A DNA stretch of 64,000 nt from Nostocoides sp. (GTDB taxonomy: Bacteria; Actinomycetota; Actinomycetes; Actinomycetales; Dermatophilaceae). The DNA is taken from assembly GCA_037045025.1 (NCBI GenBank), contig JBAOHM010000019.1. One strand, 5' to 3'. The notes below the pieces were generated by a model that was given only the letters and a program-made list of their open reading frames with translations, did no database searches and was not told the DNA's origin. Below are positions 1 through 10,660 of this stretch, in pieces (position 1 is the stretch's first letter; each line of letters opens with the position of its first letter). The position numbers were made by a program, and so were the translations under genes.

Positions 1-472
1 TGTCGTAGGCTGTCGTCAGGTCGTCGTACTTGCCGGTGAACGCCGACAGGGCGCTGGTCAGCTTGTCGGCGGCGGCGTCGACGTCCGCGAGGTTGCCGCT
101 GATCTGTTCGCGGACCTGCCAGGCGGCGGCGCGCTTGGCGTCGAGGGCACTGCAGTCCCACCGGTTGAGCTTGCGTTGGGCCTGAGCGGCGTCGATGGCG
201 TCACGCAGCGCGCTCAGGGACTTGGACAGGTCGGAGCGCGCCGAGGACAGGGCGGTTCCGGCCTTGCCCAGGGACTCGTCCGCGCTCAGCGCGGCAACGG
301 CCTTTTCCAGCTCGTCGAGGCCGGGGATCTCGGCGACGGCCGCGGTGGTTGTGCTGGACGAGCCTCGAGGGCTCGTGGGTTGTTGCGGCTTGCCGCCGCC
401 GCCGCACGCGCTGAGCACGCCGATGGTCAACGCTGCGGCGAGCGCGGCCGCGGGTTGATACCTGACGGGCAT
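1..472 (-). CDS. Putative secreted lipoprotein; the gene continues past the left edge, so only the N-terminal ~157 codons are present
   Basis: I translated the minus strand from ATG 472-470: MPVRYQPAAALAAALTIGVLSACGGGGKPQ..., which is a signal peptide plus lipobox L-S-A-C. The frame stays open to position 2. It is absent from the ORF track because it has no stop in the window. Confidence 0.55.
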   Translation of the reverse strand, partial: MPVRYQPAAALAAALTIGVLSACGGGGKPQQPTSPRGSSSTTTAAVAEIPGLDELEKAVAALSADESLGKAGTALSSARSDLSKSLSALRDAIDAAQAQRKLNRWDCSALDAKRAAAWQVREQISGNLADVDAAADKLTSALSAFTGKYDDLTTAYD

Positions 473-577
473 GATTGGCTCCACTTGCCGTGTGTCGGTC
501 CCGGCGCTCCCCCGCGCGGGCCTGGGCGCTTGCTGGCCCGGAGCACCCAGCCTAGCACGCGTGGGATCATAGGCCCC

Positions 578-1552
578 ATGCTCACGACCCTCGGTGGACC
601 GCTGCCTCAGCGCGCCCGCTACCCCAAGGCCAAGACCGTCCACAAGGCCCGGAAGCATCCCGCCGTGGAGGCAGCCATGTCAGCGGGGCGGGTGGTGACC
701 CGGGCAGCGGGCATCGTGAGCGCTTCGTTGCGGCCGGCGCCGGACTTCCTGCTCGTGGGGGCCAAACGCGGGGGGACGACGTCCACCTACTTCCACATCC
801 TCTCCCATCCGGATGTGCTGGCGCTCTTCCCGTCGGCGAAGCTGCTGCCCAAGGGGCGCGACACCAAGGGGACGAGCTTCTTCACCTACAACTTCCACAA
901 GGGCTCGATCTGGTATCTCTCGCATTTCCCGAGCCGCACCCAGCGCCTGGTCCACCAGCGGCGAACCGGTCACGCGGGGGTCGCCGGTGAAGCCTCGCCC
1001 TACTACCTTTTCCATCCCCTCGCCGCCCAACGAGCGCACGACCTTGTCCCGGACGCCAAGATCCTGATCGCCTTGCGGGACCCGGTTGATCGCACCCACT
1101 CGGCGTGGCGGGAGCAAACCCGCAATGGGGTCGAGACGCTGTCGTTCGAGGACGCCCTCGATGCCGAGGAGACCCGCCTGGGCCGGGAGGCGGAGCGGCT
1201 GGTCGCCGAGCCTGCTTACATCAGCTTCGCTCACGAGTTCCAGAGCTACGCCACCCAGAGCCGGTATGCCGAATCGCTTGCCCGCTGGTTTGCGCTCTTC
1301 CCGCGCGAGCAGATCCACATCTGGGCGAGCGAGGATTACTACCAGGACGCCAATGCGACGGTTGCCGGCATCACCGCCTTCCTCGGGCTGGACCCGAAGC
1401 GGCTGCCGGCGAAAGAGCAGCGGCTCAACGCGGCCCCGAAGTCGGATATGGCGCCCGCCACTCGCGAGCGGCTGCGCAGGTATTTCGCCGAGGACGTGGC
1501 CGCGACCGAGCGGCTGGTCGGCCGCACCCTTCCCTGGCCCAATTTCGCCTGA
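578..1552 (+). CDS. Sulfotransferase family protein
   Basis: The distal part of ORF 176..1552 carries PAPS-binding-type motifs FLLVGAKRGGTTSTY and LRDPVDRTHSAW. The upstream part is Arg/Gly-rich shadow sequence over the divergent lipoprotein gene. I placed the start at ATG 578; ATG 677 is the alternative. Confidence 0.7.
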   Translation: MLTTLGGPLPQRARYPKAKTVHKARKHPAVEAAMSAGRVVTRAAGIVSASLRPAPDFLLVGAKRGGTTSTYFHILSHPDVLALFPSAKLLPKGRDTKGTSFFTYNFHKGSIWYLSHFPSRTQRLVHQRRTGHAGVAGEASPYYLFHPLAAQRAHDLVPDAKILIALRDPVDRTHSAWREQTRNGVETLSFEDALDAEETRLGREAERLVAEPAYISFAHEFQSYATQSRYAESLARWFALFPREQIHIWASEDYYQDANATVAGITAFLGLDPKRLPAKEQRLNAAPKSDMAPATRERLRRYFAEDVAATERLVGRTLPWPNFA

Positions 1553-1603
1553 TCGGCCCCATTCCGGCGGGTGGGCAGCGGCGCTGCGCCGATCGCCGGG
1601 CCG

Positions 1604-2533
1604 TCACTGGGCCAGCCGCTCCAACGCGAGCTGGAGGTCGGCGGCATACGGGCTGGTGAAGGCGACCGGCTTGCCGGTGGCGGGGTGGGCAAACCCGAGC
1701 CCGACGGCGTGCAGCCATTGGCGGGTCAGCGACAGCCGCGCGGCCAAGGTGGGGTCGGCGCCATACGTCGGATCGCCGACGAGCGGGTGCCGGACAGCGG
1801 CGAAATGGACCCGGATCTGGTGGGTGCGCCCGGTTTCGAGACGAATACTCAGCAGGCTTGCCGACCGGAAGGCCTCCAGGAGTTCGTAATGCGTGACGCT
1901 GTGCCGGCCGGAGGCCAGGACGGCGAATTTGTAGTCGTGCCCGGGGTGGCGACCGATCGGGGCGTCGATCGTGCCTTCGACCGGGTCGGGTAGCCCCTGC
2001 ACGACCGCGTGATAGGTCTTGTCAACCAGGCGGCTGCGAAAGGCGTGTTTGAGGGCGCTGTAGGCGCTCTCGCTCTTGGCCACGACCATCAGTCCGCTTG
2101 TCCCAACGTCAAGCCGCGAGACGATTCCTTGTCGCTCGGGTGCACCGGATGTCGCGATGCGGTGGTGGGCGGCCGCCAGGCCCGACAACACGTCCGGCCC
2201 ATCCCAGCCGACGCTCGGGTGCGCGGCCACACCCGGCGGCTTGTCGACGACGATGATGTCGTTGTCCTCGTAGATCACGCTCAGGCCGGCGACTGGTTGC
2301 GGACGGATCGCCGCGGCCGGCGCGGGCTGATCCGGCAGGGTGACCTCGATGAGTTGGCCGGCAGCGACGCGGGTCGACTTCCCGACGGCTTGGCCGGCGA
2401 TGGTGATCTCGCCGGCGGCGGCGAGGTCGGCGGCGCGGCTGCGGCTCAGGCCGAGCATGCGCGCGACCGCGGCTTCGAGGCGCTCGCCCGCCAAGCCGTC
2501 GGGAACGCTGACCAGCCGGGTCTGCCGCATCAT
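1604..2533 (-). CDS. rluD: RluA-family pseudouridine synthase (RluD-like)
   Basis: The translation is [20 protein letters not shown]... with motifs [16 protein letters not shown] and [12 protein letters not shown] 2533 overlaps the lspA stop by 4 nt. The 529-aa track ORF is an artefactual upstream extension. Confidence 0.85.
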   Translation of the reverse strand: MMRQTRLVSVPDGLAGERLEAAVARMLGLSRSRAADLAAAGEITIAGQAVGKSTRVAAGQLIEVTLPDQPAPAAAIRPQPVAGLSVIYEDNDIIVVDKPPGVAAHPSVGWDGPDVLSGLAAAHHRIATSGAPERQGIVSRLDVGTSGLMVVAKSESAYSALKHAFRSRLVDKTYHAVVQGLPDPVEGTIDAPIGRHPGHDYKFAVLASGRHSVTHYELLEAFRSASLLSIRLETGRTHQIRVHFAAVRHPLVGDPTYGADPTLAARLSLTRQWLHAVGLGFAHPATGKPVAFTSPYAADLQLALERLAQ

Positions 2534-3093
2534 GACTCCCCGGGGACCGGGTCTCGCGACCCGTCCAGGCGCCGTCCGGTCAGCACGAGGGCGGCGAAGG
2601 CGGCCGCGGCACCGACGATGAGGACGTCGGCGACATTGCCGACGAACATGCCGAAGTAGTCGATGAAATCGACGACATGCCCTCGGCCGACGCCGGGCTC
2701 GCGCAGGAAGCGGTCGATGAGATTGCCGACGGCTCCGCCGGCAATCAGTCCGAGGACCCCGGCGTAGGCCCGCGAGGCGAGGCGGGTATGCGCCAGCCAC
2801 AGGATGCGCACGACGATCAGCACGGCGAGGGCGGTGACGGCATACGTCATGCCGTCGAGCATGGAGAAGGCCGCCCCCGGGTTGCGGATCAACCGCAAGC
2901 TGAGAAACTCCCCGATGAGCGGCTTGGCCACCCCGGGTTGGAGCGCGCGTAGCGCCCAGATCTTGCTTCCTTGGTCCAGGACCACGGAGCCCAGGAGCAC
3001 TCCCCAAAGGAGCAGGGCCGCCGCGCCTGGTCCCGTGGCGCGCGGCGTCGGCAGGGTCAGCGGCGCTCTTCCTTGCTCTTGCATGGCAGGCAT
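2530..3093 (-). CDS. lspA: Lipoprotein signal peptidase II
   Basis: ORF 2530..3093 contains [20 protein letters not shown] and VVDFIDY...GNVADV, and has a multi-TM profile. The exact start is uncertain because the N-terminus overlaps the dksA-like 3' end. Confidence 0.85.
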   Translation of the reverse strand: MPAMQEQGRAPLTLPTPRATGPGAAALLLWGVLLGSVVLDQGSKIWALRALQPGVAKPLIGEFLSLRLIRNPGAAFSMLDGMTYAVTALAVLIVVRILWLAHTRLASRAYAGVLGLIAGGAVGNLIDRFLREPGVGRGHVVDFIDYFGMFVGNVADVLIVGAAAAFAALVLTGRRLDGSRDPVPGES

Positions 3094-3593
3094 AGCGTCG
3101 CACGGGGAGCGGCTTCGAGGCGAAGCTTGCCGATCGGCCCGCCGCAGGCTTCGCAGGTGCCATAGCTGCCGTCGTCGAGGCGCTCGATGGCATGCCGGGT
3201 TTGGATGAGCAGCTCCCGGGCGTTGTTGGCCAAGCTTAGTTCCTGTTCTCGCTCGAGGGTTTTGCTGCCGGCGTCGGCCTGGTCATCTCCGGCGCCGTCG
3301 CCCGAATGCCGCATCAGGACGACGACCTCGTTCTCGGCAATCTCGATCTCCTGAAGCAGGTTCTCGATTTCGGCGGTCAGCGCTTGCCGGATCGCCGCCA
3401 GGTCGGCGGGCGTCCAGGGATCGTCCCCGGGTTTGACCGGCGGCAACTTCACCGCCGGCTCCGCGGGCGTCGAACGCTCACGCCGGCGTCCGGAGCCGGC
3501 ACCGGCCGGCTTGGCCGCGCGCGATCGCGGGGAGGCTCCTCCGGCACCCTCACCGGCCTGGCCGGTGCTCGCGCGGCCTCTGGTCGGCGACAT
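3057..3593 (-). CDS. DksA/TraR-family C4 zinc-finger protein
   Basis: The C-terminus [28 protein letters not shown] is a CxxC-N17-CxxC motif. I placed the start at ATG 3593, preceded by GAAGGGGA. Codons between 3593 and the ORF-track start 3662 use rare CTA/CGA/CAA. Confidence 0.75.
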   Translation of the reverse strand: MSPTRGRASTGQAGEGAGGASPRSRAAKPAGAGSGRRRERSTPAEPAVKLPPVKPGDDPWTPADLAAIRQALTAEIENLLQEIEIAENEVVVLMRHSGDGAGDDQADAGSKTLEREQELSLANNARELLIQTRHAIERLDDGSYGTCEACGGPIGKLRLEAAPRATLCLPCKSKEERR

Positions 3594-3680
3594 CGCTGTC
3601 CCCTTCGGTTGTCGGTTGCTACCCCGTGGTAGCTCGTGAGATGGAGGATAGGGCATCGACACCGGCGCGCCGGCAGGGGC

Positions 3681-4667
3681 TTAGGGTGCGCTCGCCTCGA
3701 CCGCGTCCTCGTTCGTTGCCATGTCGGCCGCAGGTGGTTGCCAGCTCAACTGCTCCACGTGCCGCAGCTGCTCCTGGAAGTACTCCCGGATCCGCCCGCG
3801 ATACTCCTGCTCATAGCCGCGCAGCGTCTCTAGAGTCTGCTCCAATCCGGTCCGCTGGCCCTCAAGGTCGCCGAGTACCTGCTCGCGCTGCTGGTTGGCG
3901 GCACCGAGGATCGCGGCAGCTTCGTCGCGGGCCGTGCCGACCATCCCCTCGCTTTGTTCGCTGGCCTCGGCAAGCAGAGCATCGTGCATCTCCTGCGCCC
4001 CGGAGATCAGCTCATCGTGGCGAGACTGCGCCTCGGTGATGAGCTGATCGCGGGTGCTTTCCCCCTGGGCGACGTATTCGTCGTGAACTCGCTGGGCCAA
4101 GGCGATCAGACCCGATGCATCCGCAGCGCTCGTCGTCATTGCTTCGCCCGAGGCCGCCAGCGGCTGTGGCGCCGTGTCCTGGACCCCCACGGGCGCGGCC
4201 GCAGCGTCGGCCTCCTCGATCCGGCGACGGGCTTCGGCCTCGGCTTCCTCGGCGCGAGCCTGGGCCGCGGCGATCCGCTCGCTGGCCTCCTGCTCGGCGT
4301 CGGCGATCCTGGCCTCGATCTCGACCAAGCGTTCCTCACCCGCGCTCGGCGCGGGGTGATCGGTGACGTCGGCTGCTCTCGCCTGGTCGGCGGCGCCGCC
4401 TTGCTCCTGGGCCTGCGCCAACGCGCGCTCGGCCTCCTTGCGCAAGGCGATCTCCCGCTGCAGTTTGGCGTGCAGGTCCCCGTCGGCGCCCACCCCGTCG
4501 CTGGGCCCGACGCCACCTGCGCGGCAGTTGTCCAGCTCTGCGGTCAACGAGCGCAACGAAGCGACGACCTCATCGAGAAAGTCGTCAACCTCGCGCTCGT
4601 CATAGCCACGTCGAAACTGCGTGGTGCCGAACGTCTTGTTGAGTACGTCCTCGGGGGTCAGGGGCAT
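3681..4667 (-). CDS. divIVA: DivIVA-domain cell-pole/division protein (Wag31-like)
   Basis: The N-terminus MPLTPEDVLNKTFGTTQFRRGYDEREVDDFLDEV is the canonical DivIVA motif. The rest is coiled-coil-like and Ala/Glu-rich. Confidence 0.9.
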   Translation of the reverse strand: MPLTPEDVLNKTFGTTQFRRGYDEREVDDFLDEVVASLRSLTAELDNCRAGGVGPSDGVGADGDLHAKLQREIALRKEAERALAQAQEQGGAADQARAADVTDHPAPSAGEERLVEIEARIADAEQEASERIAAAQARAEEAEAEARRRIEEADAAAAPVGVQDTAPQPLAASGEAMTTSAADASGLIALAQRVHDEYVAQGESTRDQLITEAQSRHDELISGAQEMHDALLAEASEQSEGMVGTARDEAAAILGAANQQREQVLGDLEGQRTGLEQTLETLRGYEQEYRGRIREYFQEQLRHVEQLSWQPPAADMATNEDAVEASAP

Positions 4668-4712
4668 GGGGTCTCCTTGATCTGTCCGGCTCCGGCCGGG
4701 TCAGCGAGAACT

Positions 4713-4988
4713 CTAGAGGATGGACAAGAGCAGCGAGATCGCCAGCATCAACACCAGGAAGGACAGGTCGATCGCGACCGCCCCGACACGGACGGGGGGC
4801 AGGACCCGCCGCAACGCCGTGATGGGTGGATCGGTTGCGGTATAGACGCCCTCGGCCACGACCAGGACGGGGCCGCGCGGGCGCCATTCCCTGGCGAAGA
4901 CTTGGATCCAGTCCAACACCAGGCGGGCGATGAGCAGGACGAAGTAGAGGAAGAGCGCGGTCTTGACGACCTCAAGGACAGCTGTCAT
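4713..4988 (-). CDS. YggT-family membrane protein
   Basis: The translation is MTAVLEVVKTALFLYFVLLIARLVLDWIQVF...TDPPITALRRVLPP. The position between sepF and divIVA is conserved in Gram-positive dcw regions. Confidence 0.8.
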   Translation of the reverse strand: MTAVLEVVKTALFLYFVLLIARLVLDWIQVFAREWRPRGPVLVVAEGVYTATDPPITALRRVLPPVRVGAVAIDLSFLVLMLAISLLLSIL

Positions 4989-5069
4989 GACGCAACAATC
5001 ATCGCCTGCCTTGCTGTGAACGCCCAATCGAGGCGACGGCGCGCGTCGGGCCGCCCACGCGAAGGCGAC

Positions 5070-5561
5070 CTAGCTCTGGTTGAACAGCTCGCGCGGCGCT
5101 TCGACCGGGGTCTCGTCGGTGGCCACCTCGACCGAGGAGGGGGAAAGCAGGAAGACCTTCGCCGTCACGCGCTCGATCGCCCCGTGCAGTCCGAAGACCA
5201 GCCCTGCGGCGAAGTCCACGAGGCGCTTGGCGTCGGCATCGCTCATGTCGGTGAGGTTCATGATCACCGGGATGCCGTCGCGGAAGTTCTCCCCGATGTT
5301 CTTGGCCTCGTTATAGGTGCGCGGATGGATCGTCGTGATCCGGCTGAGTGCGCCCATCGGTTCCTCCCGGACGAGTCGAGTGACATTGGCCCGGCGGGAG
5401 ATCGGGGTGACCTCGGCCTCGTGCTCCGGCTGCGCCACCTCCGCCGTTGCCGCGGTGTCCGCGTAGGTCTCGGCGTCGGCGTCGTAATAGTCATAACGGT
5501 CGTCGCGGTCGTCCTCGGCGAAGCCGAGGTAGACCATCGTCTTCTTCAGCGCCCCAGCCAT
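5070..5561 (-). CDS. sepF: Cell division protein SepF
   Basis: The translation is [18 protein letters not shown]...[35 protein letters not shown] 5561 is preceded by GGAGGG at about 8 nt. Confidence 0.9.
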   Translation of the reverse strand: MAGALKKTMVYLGFAEDDRDDRYDYYDADAETYADTAATAEVAQPEHEAEVTPISRRANVTRLVREEPMGALSRITTIHPRTYNEAKNIGENFRDGIPVIMNLTDMSDADAKRLVDFAAGLVFGLHGAIERVTAKVFLLSPSSVEVATDETPVEAPRELFNQS

Positions 5562-5646
5562 GAGCAAGTCCCTCCAGTCGGGCACCCGGGATCGGCCGGG
5601 CCGTTGGTGTGCGATGCCGACGCAAGCGCGGCCTTCGCCCTAGAAG

Positions 5647-6363
5647 CTATCCAAACGAGTTGCGAGAACCGAGGATTGCCGACCCGACACGCAGGTGTGT
5701 CGCGCCCGCGGCGACGGCTTGCTCGAGATCTGCGCTCATCCCGGCGGAGATCAGCCGGGCCGTCGGCGCCAGTTCGCGCACCCGCTCGGCCACCTCGGCC
5801 AGCTCGGCAAAGGCGGCGGCTGGATCGGCGTCGGGCGGCGGGACCGCCATCACGCCACCGAGGCGAAGCGGCGAGGCAAGCACCGTCTCGGCCAGCTCCG
5901 GCACGGCGGGCAGCGCCGCTCCGCCACGCGCCGGGTCGCCGTCGAGGCTGACCTGGATGAGGACGACGAGGTCGCGCCCGGCCTCGGCGGCACCGCGCGC
6001 GAGCGGGCGGATCAGCTTGACTCGATCGAGGGAGTGGATCATGACGGCATGCCGCGCCGCCTCGGCGGCCTTGTTGGTCTGCAGGCGGCCAATGACGTGC
6101 AGGCGCATCCCGGCATAGGCGCCCTCGGCGGCCTTGGCGCTCAGTTCCTGGACCCGGTTCTCCCCGACGTCGCTGACGCCGAGGTCGGCGAGCACACGAA
6201 TGTCGCTGGACGGATGGGTCTTGGTGACAACGACGAGCGTGAGTTCGGCGCGCTCTCGCCCGCACGCCCGGCACGCCGCGGCGATCCGGGCCTCGGTGGC
6301 GGCCAGGCCCGCACTGACTTCGTCTCGACGTCGCTGCAGCGGCTCGGGAAGGTCGAGGCTCAT
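5647..6363 (-). CDS. YggS/YlmE-family pyridoxal-phosphate-binding protein
   Basis: The sequence contains LVVVTKTHPSSDIRVLADLGVSDVGENRVQE and HVIGRLQTNK. The start overlaps the pgeF stop (ATGA). Confidence 0.85.
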   Translation of the reverse strand: MSLDLPEPLQRRRDEVSAGLAATEARIAAACRACGRERAELTLVVVTKTHPSSDIRVLADLGVSDVGENRVQELSAKAAEGAYAGMRLHVIGRLQTNKAAEAARHAVMIHSLDRVKLIRPLARGAAEAGRDLVVLIQVSLDGDPARGGAALPAVPELAETVLASPLRLGGVMAVPPPDADPAAAFAELAEVAERVRELAPTARLISAGMSADLEQAVAAGATHLRVGSAILGSRNSFG

Positions 6364-7103
6364 CCGGCCCGCCGCACGATGACTCCGGCGCAGCGGCCGG
6401 TGCGCCGCTCACGCCGATACGAGAACAACGAGCCGGTCTCGGCGGTGCACTCGGCAACGGCGTCGGCGCGCACGTCGAGCGCGGCCAGTTGCGCGAGAGC
6501 TCCGGCCGCCAGGTCGAGGCCCGGCGTGCCCTGCCGCGTCGTGACGCGCGTGGCCGGCACGACGCGCGCGACATCGGCCTGCATCTGGGCGGGCACTTCG
6601 TAGCAGCGTCCGCACACGGATGGTCCCAGCAGCGCGTGGATCTCGCGCGCGCCGAGATCCCGCATGGCAGCGACCGTGGCGGGCAGCACACCGGCGCGCA
6701 GGCCAGGACGCCCGGCGTGCGCCGCGGCGATCACCCCCGTCGCGTCATCCCACAACAAGACCGGGATGCAGTCGGCCACCAGGACGACCAGCGCCACCTC
6801 GGGTGCGGCAGACACCAGGGCATCGGCGTGCGGAGCCGGGCCGTCTCGGTCGCTGGGGGTCGCCTGGTCGCTGGTGGTCACCTGGGCCACGGCAGTGCCG
6901 TGCAGTTGGTGCATGAACGACAGTGCGCTCACGTCCAGCCCCAACGCGGCCGCGAGCCGAGCGCGGTTGGTCGCCACGGCTGCCGGGTCGTCGCCCACAT
7001 GGTCACCGAGATTGAGTTCGGCGAAGGGCGCGCTGCTCACACCCCCACGCCGGTCGGTGAAGGCACGCGTTAGCCCGGCGTCGGTGATCGTGTGGGCGAA
7101 CAC
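6360..7103 (-). CDS. pgeF: YfiH/PgeF (YlmD, DUF152) laccase-domain protein
   Basis: The sequence contains FTDRRGGVSSAPFAELNLGDHVGDDP, ADCIPVLL and CGRCYEV. GTG start 7103 lies directly after the ftsZ stop. Confidence 0.8.
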   Translation of the reverse strand: MFAHTITDAGLTRAFTDRRGGVSSAPFAELNLGDHVGDDPAAVATNRARLAAALGLDVSALSFMHQLHGTAVAQVTTSDQATPSDRDGPAPHADALVSAAPEVALVVLVADCIPVLLWDDATGVIAAAHAGRPGLRAGVLPATVAAMRDLGAREIHALLGPSVCGRCYEVPAQMQADVARVVPATRVTTRQGTPGLDLAAGALAQLAALDVRADAVAECTAETGSLFSYRRERRTGRCAGVIVRRAG

Positions 7104-8354
7104 CTATTTCAGCCAGGCCGGGACATCCAGGTCATCGGGGTCTTCGAAGACAACCTGACGCGGGGGGCGTGGCGGTTGCTCGGCGGGCGTGGCTGGACGC
7201 GGCGTCACGGTGCCGGGTGCCGGGGTGGCGGGGGCGGCTGGTGCGGGAGCAGGCCGCGGCGCGGGAGCCGGGGGGGCTGCCGCCGGCGCGGCGGGAGCCG
7301 GCGCGGGCCGGGGCTGGGTGGCAGGGGCGGGAGCGGGAGCCGGTGATGCGCCCGCCGGCCGGGGCGTCGCGGCGACGGCCGGACGCTCGTCCGCGCGCCC
7401 CTTGGGGGTGCCGCCGTCGAAGCCGGCGGCGATGACCGTGACCCGCACCTCGTCTCCGAGGGCGTCGTCGATGACCGCGCCGAAGATGATGTTGGCATCG
7501 GGGTGGGCGGCCTCTTGGACCAAGCGCGCCGACTCGTTGATCTCGAACAAACCGAGATCGCTGCCGCCCTGGATGGACAGCAACACGCCGTGGGCGCCGT
7601 CAATGCTCGCTTCCAGAAGCGGCGAGGAGATCGCCGCCTCGGCGGCCTGAACCGCACGTTCCTCACCGCGCGCCGAGCCGATCCCCATCAGCGCCGAGCC
7701 CGCGCCCGACATCACCGATTTGACGTCGGCGAAGTCGAGGTTGATCAGTCCCGGCGTGGTGATCAGGTCGGTGATGCCCTGCACACCGGAGAGCAGCACC
7801 TGATCGGCGCTGCGGAAGGCGTCGAGCATGCTCACCGAGCGGTCGCTGATCGACAGGAGGCGATCGTTGGGGATGACGATCAGCGTGTCGACCTCTTCGC
7901 GCAGCGCCCCGATGCCGGTCTCGGCCTGGTTGGCCCGCCGGCGCCCCTCGAAGGTGAACGGGCGGGTGACGACGCCGATCGTCAACGCGCCGAGGCCCTT
8001 AGCGATCTTGGCGACGACCGGCGCGCCCCCGGTGCCGGTGCCGCCGCCCTCCCCCGCGGTGACGAACACCATGTCGGCGCCCTTGAGCACTTCTTCGATC
8101 TCTTCGGCATGGTCCTCGGCCGCGCGCCGCCCGACCTCGGGGTCGGCGCCCGCGCCCAGACCACGAGTCAGGTCGCGCCCGACGTCGAGCTTGACGTCGG
8201 CGTCGCTCATCAGCAGCGCCTGAGCGTCGGTGTTGATGGCGATGAACTCGACCCCCTTGAGGCCGACCTCGATCATCCGGTTGATCGCGTTCACGCCGCC
8301 GCCGCCGATTCCGACGACCTTGATGACGGCCAGGTAGTTCTGCGGTGCAGCCAC
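7104..8354 (-). CDS. ftsZ: Cell division GTPase FtsZ
   Basis: The sequence contains [23 protein letters not shown] and [13 protein letters not shown], has a Pro/Ala-rich linker, and ends with the C-terminal peptide [11 protein letters not shown] chose GTG 8354 over track start ATG 8384 because the extra 10 codons include two TTA codons and lie in AT-rich DNA. Confidence 0.95.
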   Translation of the reverse strand: MAAPQNYLAVIKVVGIGGGGVNAINRMIEVGLKGVEFIAINTDAQALLMSDADVKLDVGRDLTRGLGAGADPEVGRRAAEDHAEEIEEVLKGADMVFVTAGEGGGTGTGGAPVVAKIAKGLGALTIGVVTRPFTFEGRRRANQAETGIGALREEVDTLIVIPNDRLLSISDRSVSMLDAFRSADQVLLSGVQGITDLITTPGLINLDFADVKSVMSGAGSALMGIGSARGEERAVQAAEAAISSPLLEASIDGAHGVLLSIQGGSDLGLFEINESARLVQEAAHPDANIIFGAVIDDALGDEVRVTVIAAGFDGGTPKGRADERPAVAATPRPAGASPAPAPAPATQPRPAPAPAAPAAAPPAPAPRPAPAPAAPATPAPGTVTPRPATPAEQPPRPPRQVVFEDPDDLDVPAWLK

Positions 8355-8537
8355 GGGGATAGGGCCTAACTGTTGAGTTAACATTTAGAGAGTAGATGCT
8401 ATTCGCTCGACTCAGAACGCTATGTCGCGACCCCGGCCGGATGCAATTCATCCACGGCGTGTCGCCTCATCATTCTGACCGCCCGCATGTCGTGCCGTCA
8501 CCGCAGGCACAGCGGCACCACCAGTCCCACCCGTTGC

Positions 8538-9224
8538 TCAGGTGGTCACGGGCGTGTCGGGGGCGCTGACATCAATGGTCTTCGGCTTGTCCCGCAACAG
8601 GATCGACACGATGCGCGCCTTGACGTCAACCTGGGACGCGTCCCCCCACGAAATGCGAGTGTCGCCCACGGCGAAGGTCAGCGATTCGGCTGGGGTCACC
8701 GCGAGGTCGGTCATGCGCGAGCGGAGCGAGCCAGGCATGGCCGCCACGACATTGAGGGCGATGTGCAGTGCGGGATCGGAGACCGGCCCGGCCCCGGCTG
8801 ACCGCACGACGGGCAACCCCTCGGGCGCACGCCCGACCGCCTCGAAACGCACGCCTTCAACATCCACAAGGTCAAGTTGACCGTTAGAGTTACCGGCGGC
8901 GAGGACGGCGACTCGGGGCACGACGCCCACGATGATCGTGTCCGGAAAGCGCCGGCTGACATGAGCATCGGCTACCCGGACGTCACGCTCCACCGCCGCC
9001 TCGACCGGAGCCAGCCGGGTGAGCAGCGCCGGTCGGCCGCGCACCGAATCAGCCGCAGCGCGGGCCGTGTCCTCGACCGGCCCGTTGACCCCGTCTATGC
9101 GGATGTGCCGAATCCGAGTCGCCGGCGCTGCCAGAGCGGCCCAGCTCAGCAGCGCCAGCACGGTGAGCGAAGCCACCAGGATCACCAGGCGTTTAGGCGT
9201 CAGACGTCGAGGCACGACAGTCAC
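8538..9224 (-). CDS. ftsQ: Cell division protein FtsQ (POTRA domain)
   Basis: It has a single N-terminal TM (LVILVASLTVLALLSWAAL) followed by a POTRA-like segment IRHIRIDGVNG. It sits between murC and ftsZ, and its GTG start overlaps the murC stop. Confidence 0.8.
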   Translation of the reverse strand: MTVVPRRLTPKRLVILVASLTVLALLSWAALAAPATRIRHIRIDGVNGPVEDTARAAADSVRGRPALLTRLAPVEAAVERDVRVADAHVSRRFPDTIIVGVVPRVAVLAAGNSNGQLDLVDVEGVRFEAVGRAPEGLPVVRSAGAGPVSDPALHIALNVVAAMPGSLRSRMTDLAVTPAESLTFAVGDTRISWGDASQVDVKARIVSILLRDKPKTIDVSAPDTPVTT

Positions 9225-10660
9225 TGGTCACCCTCCTCCAAGGCGGCAAGCAGGTCACGGCCGAGACGGGTCACATCCCCGGCACCGACGGTGAGAATCA
9301 GGTCACCCTCGGCCGCCGCCGCGGCCAGCGCGGTCACCGCCTCGTCGGGCGTGTCCACGACGGTCACGGCGCACGGCCCGGCCGGCATCCGCTCGGCGAT
9401 CAGGTGGGAGTCCACACCCGGGATGGGCGCCTCCCGAGCCCCGTAGACCGGCAGCAGCACGACCTGGTCGGCGCCGGTGAGGGCCTGCGCGAATGCCGCG
9501 GCGAAATCACGCGTGCGGCTGAACAGGTGCGGCTGGAAGACCAGGCGCACCCGACCCCGACCGGCCACCGCTCGGGCAGCCGCGACCACGGCGGCCACTT
9601 TGGCCGGGTTATGGGCGTAGTCGTCCACGACGGTCACGCCACGAGAGCGACCGGCGACCTGAAAGCGCCGCCGGGTGCCGGAGAAACCGGCCAGGCCGGC
9701 CGCTAGCTCGCCCGGATCGGCGTCCAGGCCGAGCCACCCGGCGGCGACGGCGGCCGCGGCATTGTGCACATTGTGGCGGCCGGGCACTCCCAGGCGCAGC
9801 TCGATCGTTTCTCCGAATCCACGCAGGACGGCTCGAGAAGCCAGGCCGTTCAGCTCCACCTGCTCGATCCGCAACCGCGCGCCCGGAGCCTCCCCGACGG
9901 TGGCCACTCGCCGGCCGGCAGCGGCGGCGTGCGCCGCCAGTCGGGCAGCTCCCGGGTCGTCCGCGGACGCGACGAGCAGGCCACCGGAGGGAATCGACTC
10001 GGCAAAGGCGGCATAGCCGGCCTCGACGTGAGCCACGTCGCCATAGAAGTCGAGGTGATCGGGCTGGACATTGGTGACCACGGCGATGTGCGGGCGGTAG
10101 CACAGGAACGAACCGTCCGATTCGTCCGCCTCGACGACGAAGGCCGATCCGCTGCCCACCCCCCAACCGGCGCCGGTGTCGAGCAGGACCGAGCCCACGG
10201 CATACGAGGGATCGAGGCCCGCGTGGCGCAACGCGCTGACGGTCATCGCCGTGGTCGTCGTCTTGCCGTTGGCGCCGGCGACCGCGACCCGGGTGTGCCC
10301 GCCCATCGCGATCGCCAAGGCTTGGGCACGATGCAGCACGCGCAGCCCGCCCGCGCGGGCGAGGTGAAGCTCCGGATTGCTTTCGGGGATCGCGGAGCTG
10401 ACGACGAGCGTGTCGACGCCGTCCAGGTGGGCGACATCGTGACCGACGCGCACGGCGACCCCGGCGCGCGCCAGGGCGTCGAGGGTCTGCGAAGGCGCCT
10501 GGTCGCACCCGTCGACGGGGAGGCCGCTGGCGGCATACAGGTGGGCGATTCCCGACATGCCGGAGCCACCGATCGCGATGAAGTGCGTGTGCCCCAAGGT
10601 TTCGAGCCGCGGCAGGGGCGCGGCGAAGTCGAAGCGCGGGTTGCGGACGAGATCAGTCAT
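9221..10660 (-). CDS. murC: UDP-N-acetylmuramate--L-alanine ligase
   Basis: The sequence is MTDLVRNPRFDF...HFIAIGGSGMSGIA and GANGKTTTTAM. I placed the start at ATG 10660, in frame with ORF 9221..10792. It overlaps the murG stop by 8 nt. Confidence 0.9.
   Translation of the reverse strand: MTDLVRNPRFDFAAPLPRLETLGHTHFIAIGGSGMSGIAHLYAASGLPVDGCDQAPSQTLDALARAGVAVRVGHDVAHLDGVDTLVVSSAIPESNPELHLARAGGLRVLHRAQALAIAMGGHTRVAVAGANGKTTTTAMTVSALRHAGLDPSYAVGSVLLDTGAGWGVGSGSAFVVEADESDGSFLCYRPHIAVVTNVQPDHLDFYGDVAHVEAGYAAFAESIPSGGLLVASADDPGAARLAAHAAAAGRRVATVGEAPGARLRIEQVELNGLASRAVLRGFGETIELRLGVPGRHNVHNAAAAVAAGWLGLDADPGELAAGLAGFSGTRRRFQVAGRSRGVTVVDDYAHNPAKVAAVVAAARAVAGRGRVRLVFQPHLFSRTRDFAAAFAQALTGADQVVLLPVYGAREAPIPGVDSHLIAERMPAGPCAVTVVDTPDEAVTALAAAAAEGDLILTVGAGDVTRLGRDLLAALEEGDQ

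Noticed and set aside
8355-8384. ATG 8384 as the ftsZ start, as in the ORF track.
   Set aside because: The ten extra codons include two TTA codons and other AT-rich codons atypical for this genome. The conserved FtsZ N-terminus (V/M)[12 protein letters not shown] begins at GTG 8354.
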